From Lingula anatina (taxonomy: Eukaryota > Animalia > Brachiopoda), in the NCBI GenBank assembly GCA_051362555.1, contig CM120644.1:23582534-23646533 (forward strand): 64,000 bases of DNA. Direction: 5' to 3'. Position 1 is the stretch's first letter, and every line of letters starts with the position of its first letter. The translations under genes were made by a program, and so were the position numbers. Shown here piece by piece: positions 26,393 to 39,200 of the stretch. A model generated the notes under the pieces. The model worked only from the letters and a program-made list of their open reading frames with translations. It did no database searches and was not told the DNA's origin.

Positions 26393-26449
<57 letters not shown>

Positions 26450-26450
<1 letters not shown>

Positions 26451-29400
26451 CATACCTTGATTAAGGTTTTATCCATACCACGTCCTACTTTTTTTCTTGG
26501 TGACATACCAATGCCCTTGTTTTCAGTCATGTTGTATCCCATTAAAAGTTGGTCGAGTGCGTATAAATATATACTATACCACTGTACTGTTGGCTGTGAA
26601 CTCTGTGTCCATGTGTATTTGTCATCATCTTTGAGTGAAAGTATGTCTCTCCAACATCACAGTAACTCTCCAGAACCGTGGTATTAATTCTTGTTAATCT
26701 ATGTACATATTCCGCGTCATACAATTTATTACCAGCGACTACATTACGAGGGTCTTTAGAAATCTTGATGATGTTCTCATTTTTTTTTTTTTTCAACATT
26801 CCGGCTCAAATCGTCCCGCTTGGTACCTCATGGATGCTATAACCAAGATGGTCTTATAAAACGGCATGAAACCTTCACATATCGAAGCTGGATGATCACA
26901 TACAGTATGTATGTATCCACGGACTGCATCACGGGACGTCTTTGCAGGGTTTGTAAAACTCTGTCTGCAGCTTCTCTCTCATTGACATAACGTTGGGTTA
27001 TTGTAAACAACTCCTGCGCCAACCCTGCGCGTAACCTTTGGCAAAGGGAGTTCTATGTTTGCTCAACCATACGGTGTCTCCAATCTTGAAAACAATTTTT
27101 TTTTTTTTTTGTTTTTCATTCCCCCTGAAGGTTTTTACATACCACGTCCGAATTTTTTTTTTAATTTCTAGGCGTCCTTTGGTGACGTACCATTGCTCCT
27201 TTGTTCAGTTATTTGGTATCCCATCAAAAGCTGGTCGAGCTTATTGCTCATTGCTGAGGTCAGTTGAATACGATTTCCCTTGCTGATCTATATGACCAAC
27301 AACAACACAATTGGTATGAAATATTTTCCTGCTTTTTGCATGTCATGTATATGGATCTTGTCTTATCAAGAACTCTTTGAGTTGCTTATGGTTAAAAGTT
27401 TAATCCTTTTTCATTTCAACATGCTTTAAAAATTAGCAAGACTGGAAGGTACGTAATTTATTTTATTTCACTGACCTCTCTAAATCTCTTCCAGTTGCTT
27501 ACGGGTAAATTAAAAAAAAAACAAAAAAACTTTCGCGCTTCTTCATTTATTTTCGTCACTCTTCCAAAGCTAGCAGGGTTGGAAAGATTGTAATATATTC
27601 TATATATTCTGTATATTCTATTTAAGTCTCAAAGTGACTTAAATGTCTTGGGGCCAGAAGAAATTTGCATCTCGTCACCTTTGAGTGAGTGTACATCTAG
27701 CTAACATCATAGTTACTCACGGTAACCGTGGTATTAATTCCTGTAAAGTAACGTATATATTCAGCGACATACAAATTATTACCAGCGACTACATTACGAG
27801 GGTCTTTAGAATTTTGAGATCGAGATTCTCATTCGACCTTTTCTAGCGCTCCGGGTCAAATGTTCTTAACTCGTGGATGCTATAACCAATATTATCTTAT
27901 TAAACGGCATGAAAGCTTCACACATAGCTGCTGGATGATCACATACAGTATGGATGTATCCACGGACTGCATCACGGGACGTCTTTGCAGGTTTTGTAAA
28001 ACTCTGTCTGCAGCTTCTCTCTCATTGACATAACGTTGGGTTATTGTAAACAACTCCTGCGCCAACCCTGCGCGTAACCTTTGGCAAAGGGAGTTCTATG
28101 TTTGCTCAACCATACGGTGTCTCCAATCTTGAATTTGGTGACGTACCATTGCTCCTTTGTTCAGTTATTTGGTATCCCATCAAAAGCTGGTCGAGCTTAT
28201 TGCTCATTGCTGAGGTCAGTTGAATACGATTGCCCTTGCTGATCTGTATGACCAACAACAACACAATTGGTATGAAATATTTTCCTGCTTTTAGCATGTC
28301 ATGTATATGGATCTTGTCTTATCAAGAACTCTTTGAGTTGCTTATGGTTAAAAGTTTAATCCTTTTTCATTTCAACATGCTTTAAAAATTAGCAAGACTG
28401 GAAGGTACGTAATTTATTTTATTTCACTGACCTCTCTAAAACTCTTCGAGTTGCTTACGGGTAAATTTAAAAAAAAAAAAACTTTCGCGCTTCTTCATTT
28501 ATTTTCGTCACTCTTCCAAAGCTAGCAGGGTTGGAAAGATTGTAATATATTCTATATATTCTATTTAAGTCTCAAAGTGACTTAAATGTCTTGGGGCCAG
28601 AAGAAATTTGCATCTCGTCACCTTTGAGTGAGAGTACATCTAGCTAACATCATAGTTACTCTCGGTAACCGTGGTATTAATTCCTGTCAAGTAACGTATA
28701 TATTCAGCGACATACAAATTATTACCAGCGATTACATTACGAGGATCTTTAGAATTTTGAGATTGAGATTCTCATTCTAACTTTTCTAGCGCTGCGGGTC
28801 AAATGTTCTTAACTCGTGGATGCTATAACCAAGATTATCTTATTAAACGGCATGAAAGCTTCACACATAGCTGCTGGATGATCACACATAGTATGAATGT
28901 ATCGACGGACTGCATCACGTGGTCGTCTTTGTGGGTTTTGTAAAACTCTGTCTGCAGCTTCTCTCTCATTGACATAATGTTGCGTTATTGTAAACAACTC
29001 CTGCACCCAACCCTGCTGGAGGCTTTTGTCACAGGGAGTTTTATGCTTCTCAACCTTACGGTGTCTCCCACCTTGAATTTAAACTTTGCCTTTTCAAATG
29101 TCATACTACTGTAAAGGTTTTTCCATTCCTCGTCCGAATTTTTATTTTCATTTTGACGCTTCCATTGGTGATGTACTGTACCAATGCTCTAGTGTTCAGC
29201 CATGTTTTATCCCATTAAAAGTTGGTCGAGTGCATATAAATATGCCAGTGTACTGTTGGCGGCGAAATATTTGTCCATGCAAGATCTCAAGGATCTTTTA
29301 AACCGTTGGACGGCCGAAAATTTTGTTCCAACTTCTTTGTGAAAAAGGCTATTCCTTGTTCTTTCAGGTATGCCTGAATTTTTCTTTTTGTAAATTCTGT

Positions 29401-31675
29401 TCCTGCATTTGATTGTAGGATTACCGGATTTTCACCTTCGGCTAAAATATTACTAAATGCTTCTTACACACTATCAGCAGTTGTTGGTTTGATGGCCACA
29501 ACCTATGCATACTTTGAAAATACATCAATCACAGTTAACAAAATTTTCATTCCTTTATTATATTCTGATATTTTTCTGAAGTCAGCTAAATCAGCTTGCC
29601 GTTGCTGATCTACGTGGCCAACAATACAACGATATGTATGGAATCTTTTTCTGACTTAAGCATTTAGTGTATTTGTATATTGTCTTGTCAAGAACTCTTC
29701 AAGTTGCTTACGGGTAAATTAAAAAAAAACCTTTTGCGCTTCTCCATTTATTTTCGACGCTCTTCCAAAGCTAGCAGGGTTGGAAAGATGGTAATATATT
29801 CTATATATTCTCTTTAAGCCTCAAAGTGACCAACATAACTTGGCGCCGGAAGGACTTTGTGCCTTGTCACCTTTGAGTGAGAGTACATCTAGCCAACGTC
29901 ATAGTTACTCTCGTCGTTAACCTTGGTATTAATTCCTGTGAAGTAACGTATATATTCCGCATCGTACAAATTATTATCAGCGACTGCGGTACAAGGGTCT
30001 TTAGAATATTGATGGGATTCTAATTCCATTCATTTTTCCAGCGCTATCGCCCAAATCTTCCCAACTCGCACCTTGTGGACGCTTTAGCCAGGATGGTCTT
30101 ATTAAACGGCATGAAAGCTTCACACATCGCATCTGGATGATTTTATAGAGTATGAGTGCATCCACGGACTGCATCACGTGGTCGTCTTTGTAGGTTTTGT
30201 AGAACTCTCTGTGCAGCTTCTCTCTCATTGACATAACGTTGCGTTATCATGAACAACTCCTGCACCCAACCCTGCTCGAGGCTTTTGTCACAGGGAGTTT
30301 AAAATGTTTGCTCAATCTTAAGCCTCGGTCACAACCGGACGTACGAATTTCAGGATCTTACGTCCCCTGCGATTTTGGGTGTTGCGGAGGCCGTGGAGGT
30401 CGTAGAGGTGGAGGAAAGTCTGCCTTGCGAGTCGCAAGGGCCACATGAGATGTCCTTTCAAGCAGGGATGCTAATTGCAAGGAGCAATGGCCGTGGAAAT
30501 TGCACTCATTTCTTGAGTTTGTCTTGCTTCCTGTGTACGTGGCACACACTCCCCACTAACGAAGGGAATGTAACGCACGGCGAAAGTAGTGCCCTTTTGC
30601 GTCAGTTTTGCTTCACACTTGCCTCACACATCTGTGGTGACGTACTGACGGCGTACGTCAGTTTTGCTTCCTGTTCTTCTCTTATTTCTTCTTCCTCCTC
30701 CCTTTTTTCTACTATGAAAGCTTCTTTCTCTTGCCTTCCGGAGGCATATTAGAAACTAAATTGAGCAAAAATTTGAAAATTTTGAAAATTGTTGTACACG
30801 TTACACAGTCGACGTTCATTGTAAAGACACGAGTGCGCGTCGTGAGCACGCCTTTTATACACCAGGCGTGGGGGTGACGCACGTGCTACGCATTCCCGGT
30901 GTGCTCTCGACTTTGTTCGTTAGTTGTGAGGGCGTGCGCCTCTTCTTCATTGCTTGAGACGCGCGTCTCTCTTGCTAACTCCGTGAGAAAGGAGCAAGTA
31001 GCGCTTGCGGTCTCGCTGTTCACAGGCTATTTGTAGAATCTTTTGGACACGTCCAACATCCTCTGTACGTGCTTATGGACTGTCTGCGAACTCGAAATTT
31101 CGTAAGAAGGACTTGCGTGGGACGTGAGATTCTGAGAAAAATTTGGACGCAAACAGCTCGTAAGAACCCCTACGGCCGGTTGTGACCGAGGCTTTACGGT
31201 GTCTCCCTCCTTGAATTTAAACTTTGCTTTTTCAAATTTCATACACATGTAAAGGTTTTTCCATTCCTCGTCCGAATTTTTATTTTCATTTTGACGCTTC
31301 CATTGGTGATGTACTTTTCCAATGCTCTAGTGTTCAGCCATGTTTTATCCTATTAAAAGTTGGTCGAGTGCATATAAATATGCCAGTGTACTGTTGGCGG
31401 CGAAATATTTGTCCATGCGAGATTTCAATGTTCTGTTAAACCGTTCAATGGCCAATTTTTTTATCCATCTTTGTTGTGAAAAAGGCTTTTCCTTTTTTCT
31501 TTCAAATATATCTGAAATGTTCTAATTGTAAATTCTGCTTCTGCATCTGTTTGTAGGATTGCTGGATTTCGGCTAAAATATTACTAAAAGCTTCTCACAC
31601 ACTATCAGCAGTTTTTGATTCGATGAACACAACCCATTCGTAGTTTGAAAATACATCAATCACAGATCACAAAAA
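26450..31675 (-). mobile_element. Tandem array of Polinton integrase plus upstream-ORF fragments
   Basis: IYYHLSNPASFG..DQQRQADLAD..LLTVIDVFSKYA..LQTD..EF..AIERFNRTLKSRMDKYF..KFKFKVGDTV, an rve integrase of Maverick type. Landmark ggactgcatcacg at 26921, 27964, 28907 and 30166. Confidence 0.85.
30321..31193. mobile_element. PIF/Harbinger non-autonomous element
   Basis: TIR AGCCTCGGTCACAACCGG; TTA TSD (30318-30320, 31194-31196); empty site visible in the paralogous repeat at ~29056. Confidence 0.9.
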
Positions 31676-32719
31676 TACTGATGTAGAAACTAGAGTCTTT
31701 GGAATGAACGTAAATGAATTAAAGAGATGTCAGCTGTCGTGTTGTATCAATACTTGGGTGTATACCTTAATTGATAAGAATTCACTCGTTATTGTATTAC
31801 TTGGTGCAGACTGGGCCTTTACAGATCAGTAGGCGATATCAAATGATCTGCAAACTACATACTGTTTGCTTACACTAAGCGTTCTTAGTTTTATATGATT
31901 CTAGCGATAAATCGCCACTCATACAACACTTAATACACTATAATAATTAATACATCATTCCGTATACTGTGAATCAAAGAAAGGCTAGCGGTCATGACAT
32001 TTCTTTTTTGTTCAAAAATGTATAGCTTGAAAGAGACGACCATTGGCCCTCCTCACCAATCAACCGGGACATTTGCTTGATCTTATTGTATAAGTCTATG
32101 TTTGACCGTAATCTGGACAGTGTTTTTTTGTGTAAAATGAGGATTACCGTTAATGCATTATCAAGTAAAAAAAAAGGTGTTTGCATCCAGTCAATTGTGG
32201 AACTGCAACAAAAGTAGGATTTTCTGAAAGATGAATAATCCAGATCTGGATGGAACAAAATAACTTGTAATTATTTTATTAAAAAAAAAGAAAAAAAAAA
32301 CTTCAGATATACGCACTGTTCATTATTATAAGTACCAGTACTTAGAAACTTGTATTAAAAGGTGGTTAAAGAAAAATAAATGCTCTGAATTGGTTTGACT
32401 TGTTGTCTGTTTGGTGACTTCTTCCCTTTGGATAATCTCTTAACCTAGCTCCACCAACCAATCTCCGTGAGCGGCTCTGTAACAAGGCTAAATCTAGTCC
32501 AGAAGTTCGGCCGAGCTTGGTTAATTCTTCCAAATGGGCGTGAAGCTGTTGCCTTGGCTGTGCGCGGAGAAGCATTATCATTCTGACTCATAAATGAGTG
32601 CTCATGGTCCACAAAAATTTTTTCGACAAAATTCCCTAAGTTTTTGCTAGTACTTGAATGCATACGATTACCATACAGTTCAAAAATATGACAATGAATA
32701 TTATGGGCCTGACAACAGC

Positions 32720-32947
32720 AAAGGGTGCTTTCCCAGAGATTTAGATCGATCTAAAGATTAAATTTTAGATCGACCTAACTCCCTGGGGGTTCACGCTAAA
32801 TTGCAGTCAGCCGAGCGGGCACCAAAGTTAATTACCCCCTTACAGCTTTTAGTAGGCGGGACAGACGCTTAAGCCGGCCAAGCTGACGGTAATCTAGTGA
32901 GACTCCCCACAGGGATAGATCGATCTAAAAATCTATGGAAATGGGGT
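32720..32947. mobile_element. Small MITE-like palindromic element
   Basis: Imperfect terminal inverted repeats built on tagatcgatcta. Confidence 0.45.
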
Positions 32948-33734
32948 GTATGTTTTATTTCTCCGACCGAACGATGCTCAAGTCAATACAGCGGCGCAAA
33001 TCGGTACGAATTATGAAAATACAGTTTTAGAAAGCTAGCTGTGTCAAAATTTAAGCAAATAAGCATACCCCTGTATGGTTAAACAGTATAGTATATATCC
33101 ACTGACGTTTCCGACAGACTGCTTACCTATTTTTACTTAACATATCCTTTTTCATACCAGTGGGGTTACTTTCGACACAAAGTCCATATTTGTAAGGCAA
33201 AAATATTATTTAACAGATAAAACACAGCCACTGTTGTACTAAGAAAAACTAAAGTACAGCAAGGGGATCCGAGGCGGACGACAAGAAAATCCTCCAGTGG
33301 AATAGTGGGATAGGCAGTACCTTCGGTGGGAACACTATGTTAGAGCCAATTTCGCTCAAGAAAGTGACGTGAGCATGGAGAGACCCTTGCAATCCAAATA
33401 ATAGTTCGTTCCAGCCAGTGATATTGCCTAATCGTCTACGGTCCCTCAAAGCCAACTTACCGTGATTACGGAGCATAGCGGATTTACCATATAATTTTGT
33501 ATACATTTAATCAACCTTTTATTTGTAAAAATTAAATTGGTCATTTAAATGAAAAAAGGAGATTTTTATTTTATGTTTTGCATGTATATGGCGATAATTC
33601 ATTAGTTTATCTTGTCTATCTTATTTCGGTAAGGGTGATACTTTGGCAGATCACATCAACCACATCGTGCAGAGAGGAAGGATACTATTAGACAGGTGTT
33701 TTTTTTTAAATACTTGTTAGTCTAACAACTTTTA

Positions 33735-33737
<3 letters not shown>

Positions 33738-33804
<67 letters not shown>
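33738..33804. repeat. (CA)n(TA)n compound microsatellite
   Basis: Seen directly. Confidence 0.9.
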
Positions 33805-33807
<3 letters not shown>

Positions 33808-34531
33808 ATTAACATTAACAAGCAAATGAAAAAAAACGAGACATGTATCAACCCCAACTCTGAGTTTCACGGGCATACCCAGAAGGTATGTCAGATAGTC
33901 AGGAGGTGTTTATTTGAAAACATTGCATAAGGCTCAACTAATGCAATGTGCAATGTATCGTCAGGAGGTGTTTATTTTTCAAAAAAATAAATAATAAAAT
34001 GTATGTTGAATCGTGACCACATTAAAAGGGATCAAAGGTCATACAAGGTCAAAACTGAAGTATTTTTAAAAAATAAGCCAACAGAATTTACTTAGTCAGA
34101 ATTTTTGAATCTAAAAATGTTTTTAGAGTATGATTGGTAAATGCAGTCTAAATCTCAGATATTTAACAGGGTCTCGGGATTTCATCTTACAGCATGTTAG
34201 ATCTATGACTGATACCAATACTTCTGAGGGGTTTAGTTAAATTGCCAAGAAAAAGGGGGGGCAGGGAAAGGACATCACTCACAATAGAAATTCTAAGTAA
34301 GGTATGGCATTGATTTGTATATTATCATACAGCTAAAGACATATTCTTAACATTTAAATTGTAAATGTTACGTTAAATTGAATGATGTCTTTGTAAACTG
34401 GGGGCAAATGTCATACTAAGTCAAATATTTGAAGTGTAAAATTGAACCCTAAAATTCAAGCCTAAAAAATTCCTTACCGTAAGCTTAAGGCCAACCTGGT
34501 CGAAGTCCTTCATCAGACTGATGGAAGCAGT

Positions 34532-34997
34532 TAATAATAATAATAATAAAACACTTCTTTAAAAACCGCGCTACACATGCGTCTCAGCGCTGTTTACATA
34601 AAAAATATAACTCCACAGCCAGTATAGACTAAAAACAGAATACTTAAAAATTTTAAAAACTAAAAAGGTGCTATAAATTAAAGTATTCTTTAAATAAAAA
34701 AGTTTTTAATTTCTTCTTAAAACAGTAATATGAGTCATCCAGAGACACATTAGATCTTGTGATAAAATTAGACCATAAAATCGGTGCACAAATCTCGAAA
34801 CTTCTGTGTCCATATGTCTTAAGAGTCTTTTTAGTGTCTTTTCGCTTAAGTTGAAGTTGTCCACTAGATCGAAGTGATCTGATAGGAGTTAAAAGTTCTA
34901 TGGTAGAGTTTAAGTAAAATGGACAGTCGCCCTTTAAAATCTTAAAAGTCAAAAGTAACATTTTAAAAATAATTCGTTGAGACACGGGTAGCCAGTT
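34532..34997 (-). mobile_element. 5'-truncated L2-clade LINE 3' end
   Basis: NWLPVSQRIIFKMLLLTFK..RSLRS..YGHRSF..APILW..FKKKLKTFLF is the classic L2/CR1-group ORF2 C-terminus; followed by a 3' stem-loop and a (TTA)n tail. Confidence 0.85.
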
Positions 34998-35235
34998 GGT
35001 CACACTCACTGACCGCTAGGTGGTATAGCGGCCAGGACCCTCTTATAAATGTCAGGAAGATTCCCCCCCCCCCCCCCTGTTCGTGGCTGGTGACGGCTGA
35101 TGTTGATAGCCTCTCGTATCTAACGCAGGATGTCAGATGACTCGGATTCAAGGATCTTGGTTGAATTCCAGTCGATACTGTGGCCGGTGTCTATTACATG
35201 TTCAGAAATGGCAGAGCTGGTTTTGCTCATGAACC
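34998..35235 (-). mobile_element. Penelope-like element, GIY-YIG endonuclease C-terminal fragment
   Basis: Manual translation: SSAISEHVIDTGHSIDWNSTKILESESSDILR*IREAINI..GG..LPDIY. Confidence 0.8.
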
Positions 35236-35354
35236 AGTCTAGTTTCTTTATATATGAGAATATGAGTTCAAACTAGGATTTTTGGATATCTTTGATAAAT
35301 CTAATTTTTGTTTAAAAAATCACGGAGTTTAGATGATTTATTTTAGAGTTTCTG

Positions 35355-36025
35355 GGGCCGGTTTCACAAAGCAGTACTTAGTTAGCGATCGGTAGTTAGC
35401 CTCTCGCTAGTTATAATGCTGTTTCACGAAGCAGTCGCTAGTTCTCTCGCTCGTTATTGTCTCGTTGTTGCCTTGGATATTTAACGACTGGTCAGACCAG
35501 TCGCTAACTCTAGAGTTTCATCGTACGCATGCGTAATGAGTGAAATAAAAAGGTTGCTTAGTTACCGTTGTCTGTCGTTTGTCTTTGTATCCAATATGGC
35601 GGCTACTTTTCTTGCTATCCGTACCGCCAGACGGCAACGTAGACTACGACGTTTTCATGAAAGGCAGAATCTATTAGAATATACACACGATGATGCAATT
35701 TAGCTGTGACAAAAAGAGCGGCAAAAAGGTGGTGGAGATCCTTAACGACGACCTCAAAGCAGACGTTCTTATGCATTTCCAGCCACCAAAAATTGGAGAG
35801 TAAGTGCTTTCGTGACACTTTTACGCATGAGTTCCACTTCCGGCAGACGGTTTCGAGACTACGGTGAGTAACGAGAGAACTAACGACCGAACTTTACGAC
35901 TGAACTTAGCGATGAGTTAACGACTGCTTCGTGAAACACCCCTCGAAAATCGCTAAGTTTGCTCGTTAGCGAGGTAGTTCAGTAGTTAGTTGTTCTAACT
36001 AACTACTGCTTTGTGAAACCGGCCC
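35355..36025. mobile_element. PIF/Harbinger non-autonomous element
   Basis: TIR GGGCCGGTTTCACAAAGCAGTA; CTG TSD (35352-35354, 36026-36028). Confidence 0.85.
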
Positions 36026-36232
36026 CTGATATTTATAAATGATGCAACTTACTAGTGTGTGTACTGTAGCGGGGTCTTAGTTCAAATGCCCACAAATAGG
36101 GGTAGGAGAAGGAAATCATTAATAATATGGATATTAAGTAAGGTATAACTATAGTTTATATATCATTGTGTTGCTGAATGGTCCGTCTAAACATTTATGT
36201 AATATAGGAGTATAATTTGCATTTTGCTTTAA

Positions 36233-39200
36233 AGGGGGTCTTCCCGATATGAGGGAAAATGAAACATATCCCAAACTTTTTCTTATGTATGAAGGTCAAG
36301 ATCTAAACCAAAATTCGCCTTTGAGGTAGACGGCAATCAAAATAATTAATTATTTCACATTCGAGTCTGTATTGGAGAACGTCCTCTCCCCAAAAAAAGA
36401 GAAGACGTCTACCGCAAGGTTTTAGCCAATCAGAGTGCGTTGCCTAAAATAGCACTCGTACACTAGGAGAAACAAATATGGCGCGGTGGAGTTCGAAGTA
36501 AGTCGTTTACAGATGCACGTTAGTTAAAACTCTCTCCTTTCATTGTTCGTGAACAGGTTTGTGCACTTAAACATTAAAAGAATTCATTTAACTTCTCGTC
36601 GGTTAAAATAGTCCAAAAATCAACGAATGGCTTGGAAATATTTACGACGGAGTGTAGCCTATTATGTCAACAGTGCTTGATACCGTAATTCTCAATGCCG
36701 ATTCACCGAATGAGTAACTTGTACCAGGAAATATACCGGTGACATAATTAGAGAAAGTGATATTTTTCGGGTCAACTGAACCAGCCCTTTTCGGTTGGAT
36801 ATTTATGAACGACTGTTACTTTTTTTGTAGTTTGCTATGCTTTCTGAGCCGCAATTTTGACATCGCGATTTGCACGCACAGCGTAGCACGGACTACAAAT
36901 GCGTTCCAGACGATTTTGATACTTACTGGCAGTAGTGGTGAGCATCGTGCAGATGACAAAATCGTCAATAGGAGTGCCTGAATTTTGTGCTACGCACACA
37001 CGTATCTTATCTTGCTTTTTTAGTCGATGTGTTATTATACTTTTCAGATCGAGAGTAGGCCTATTGTTGATGAGGCAAGCAGTCAGAGCAGTCCAGAACT
37101 AGAGGGTAAAGAGCTACCTGAGGTAAAGAGTTTTCTGTTATTTTTAAATAATACAGGCCTTTTACTTAATCTGGCACATTCCTTAGTTTTGATAGTAATG
37201 TGTAGGACCCACCTTACCCTCACCTATAGGGGCCTATTAACATGTAATAATCCACACATACAAAAAAACTTATAGTTTAGGGATAACAATTGATACGCTT
37301 GAGTGCAGGACAATGATTAATTGAAGTGAAACCCATTTGGAACAGTTCATAACATTATAACGAGTAAGCAATTAAATCAGTGCCAATTATTATTATTATT
37401 AGTTTTATTATTATTTTACAGCATACTATCTTGTGATTTCAGCCTCATTAGAAAAAAAACCCTGTATAAAGGTTTAGTAGAGTTGGCAGTGACACATAGC
37501 ACTTCCAGGTCCAGTACTAAAGAGGAGGAAGAGGTGTGAGATCAGGAGGATTGACTCAAGAACATGAATGGAGAATTCAGTAACTCACAGAAGAGGTATA
37601 AAACTCATTAAATCTTTATTGAAAAGATAAATTCTAAGTTTCTCACAATACACAAACACCATTCATATTCCTTCTTATTTTCAAAGTAAATTTATTCGAT
37701 AAAATTTGGTGGTGTGAAATCCAGTCCTTATGGTTATTTTAGTGTTCATACATTTTCAAATATTTTATTTTTGCAGTAAGCTATTGTACATATCAAAACA
37801 GAAATGACAGATATAAAAGTGAATATATTTTTTTCATTATCAGAGCATACATGATGGTGTTGCCAAGAAAATGATGGTGTTGCCAAGGAAAGTGCTGAAT
37901 ACATTGTGACAAGTGTGATGGAAATCCTGGCCTTGCACTGGATATAAAGATGCTTTTGCTAGAGAATTTACCAGGCAATGACTCAGCATCAGTGGAGATG
38001 GGACTGGCCCATCTCCCACTCACTGTAATGTCCCCTACATTTTGACTGCCGTTGAATTTTACTGGATTACTTCACTTTGAAGAAAATCACAGAATAACTA
38101 TTACCACGAGTATCAGTTTACTGACCAAACATTCATAAGACCTGTAATATGCAAGTCACTGAGTAGAAGGATTATTTTCATTCTACTGTAATTTGTGCAA
38201 CCATTCAGTGAACATAAAAAAATAAAGGCATAGAAAAACAAGGTGCTTTCATTTATCCCTTTCTCACATCAAAAGTAAAATGCAACTCTGTATACAATCT
38301 GTTCATAAAATCAATCATTTTAAAAGTTAATGTCATACAAGGAAATAATGTATGTCTGGATGGATTTATAAAAAAAACGTTTATGTGAAGTAATCATCAT
38401 TTTGATAAAAAAATTCTTATATACATATAAGGACCACGTTGCCTTGAGTCTCTTGGTTCCATCTGCACCATGACTGTTTAGAAATGTGTACTTGTAATTC
38501 TCATGTCAAATTCCTGGTTTGTAAGACTGGACTGTACCTTTATTTTTGCTAATTGTTTATGTAACAGCTTGAGGTCTTACTGTCATCCATGATTTTGAGT
38601 GCTTGCTTTGCTGCTTAGTATACCTAAAAACAAAACATTGACTATTGGAAAGACTTCAATGCATTTTTTGTGAAATTAATAGCACCCACTATCTGTAATG
38701 CTACGCCAGACATAAGAGCACCGAATAGAGCATGGTTATCAAAATTATTTGTTTCAAAATCCAATTTATTATATAATCTTCCCCACAATAAGTACTGATA
38801 TCCTGTGCTTGTCACAATTCTAGGACTAAACTGCCATGGCAGCATTAAACTTTATAATAAAATGGCATTGCTCCAAGTACTAACATGCATTAGATTGATA
38901 TTGATGGCAAGGTGTAATGAACATGGTAAAATAAACAGCTATTGTGTGTTTGGATTCTGGGTGTCAGGTACCTACTTTGGCTCTGGCTCTATGTTGGCCT
39001 TGAACCTGATGTTGGGGTAGATGTTACCACATGCATATTACCTGGATAAAAAAAATATAGGCCTATATACCAGTGTATTATCCTCATTCTCCAGAGATTC
39101 CCCATGAAGTCAACTTTTAAAAACGTAAACAGAGAATAAACATTTACTACCAACAGATGCTGCAATTAATGTGCTCGCTTTAAATCTTTTAATTTAAATT

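Noticed and set aside
31992-33506. Short minus-strand ORFs (88, 71 and 85 aa) as host exons
   Set aside because: No recognisable motifs and no consistent splice structure.
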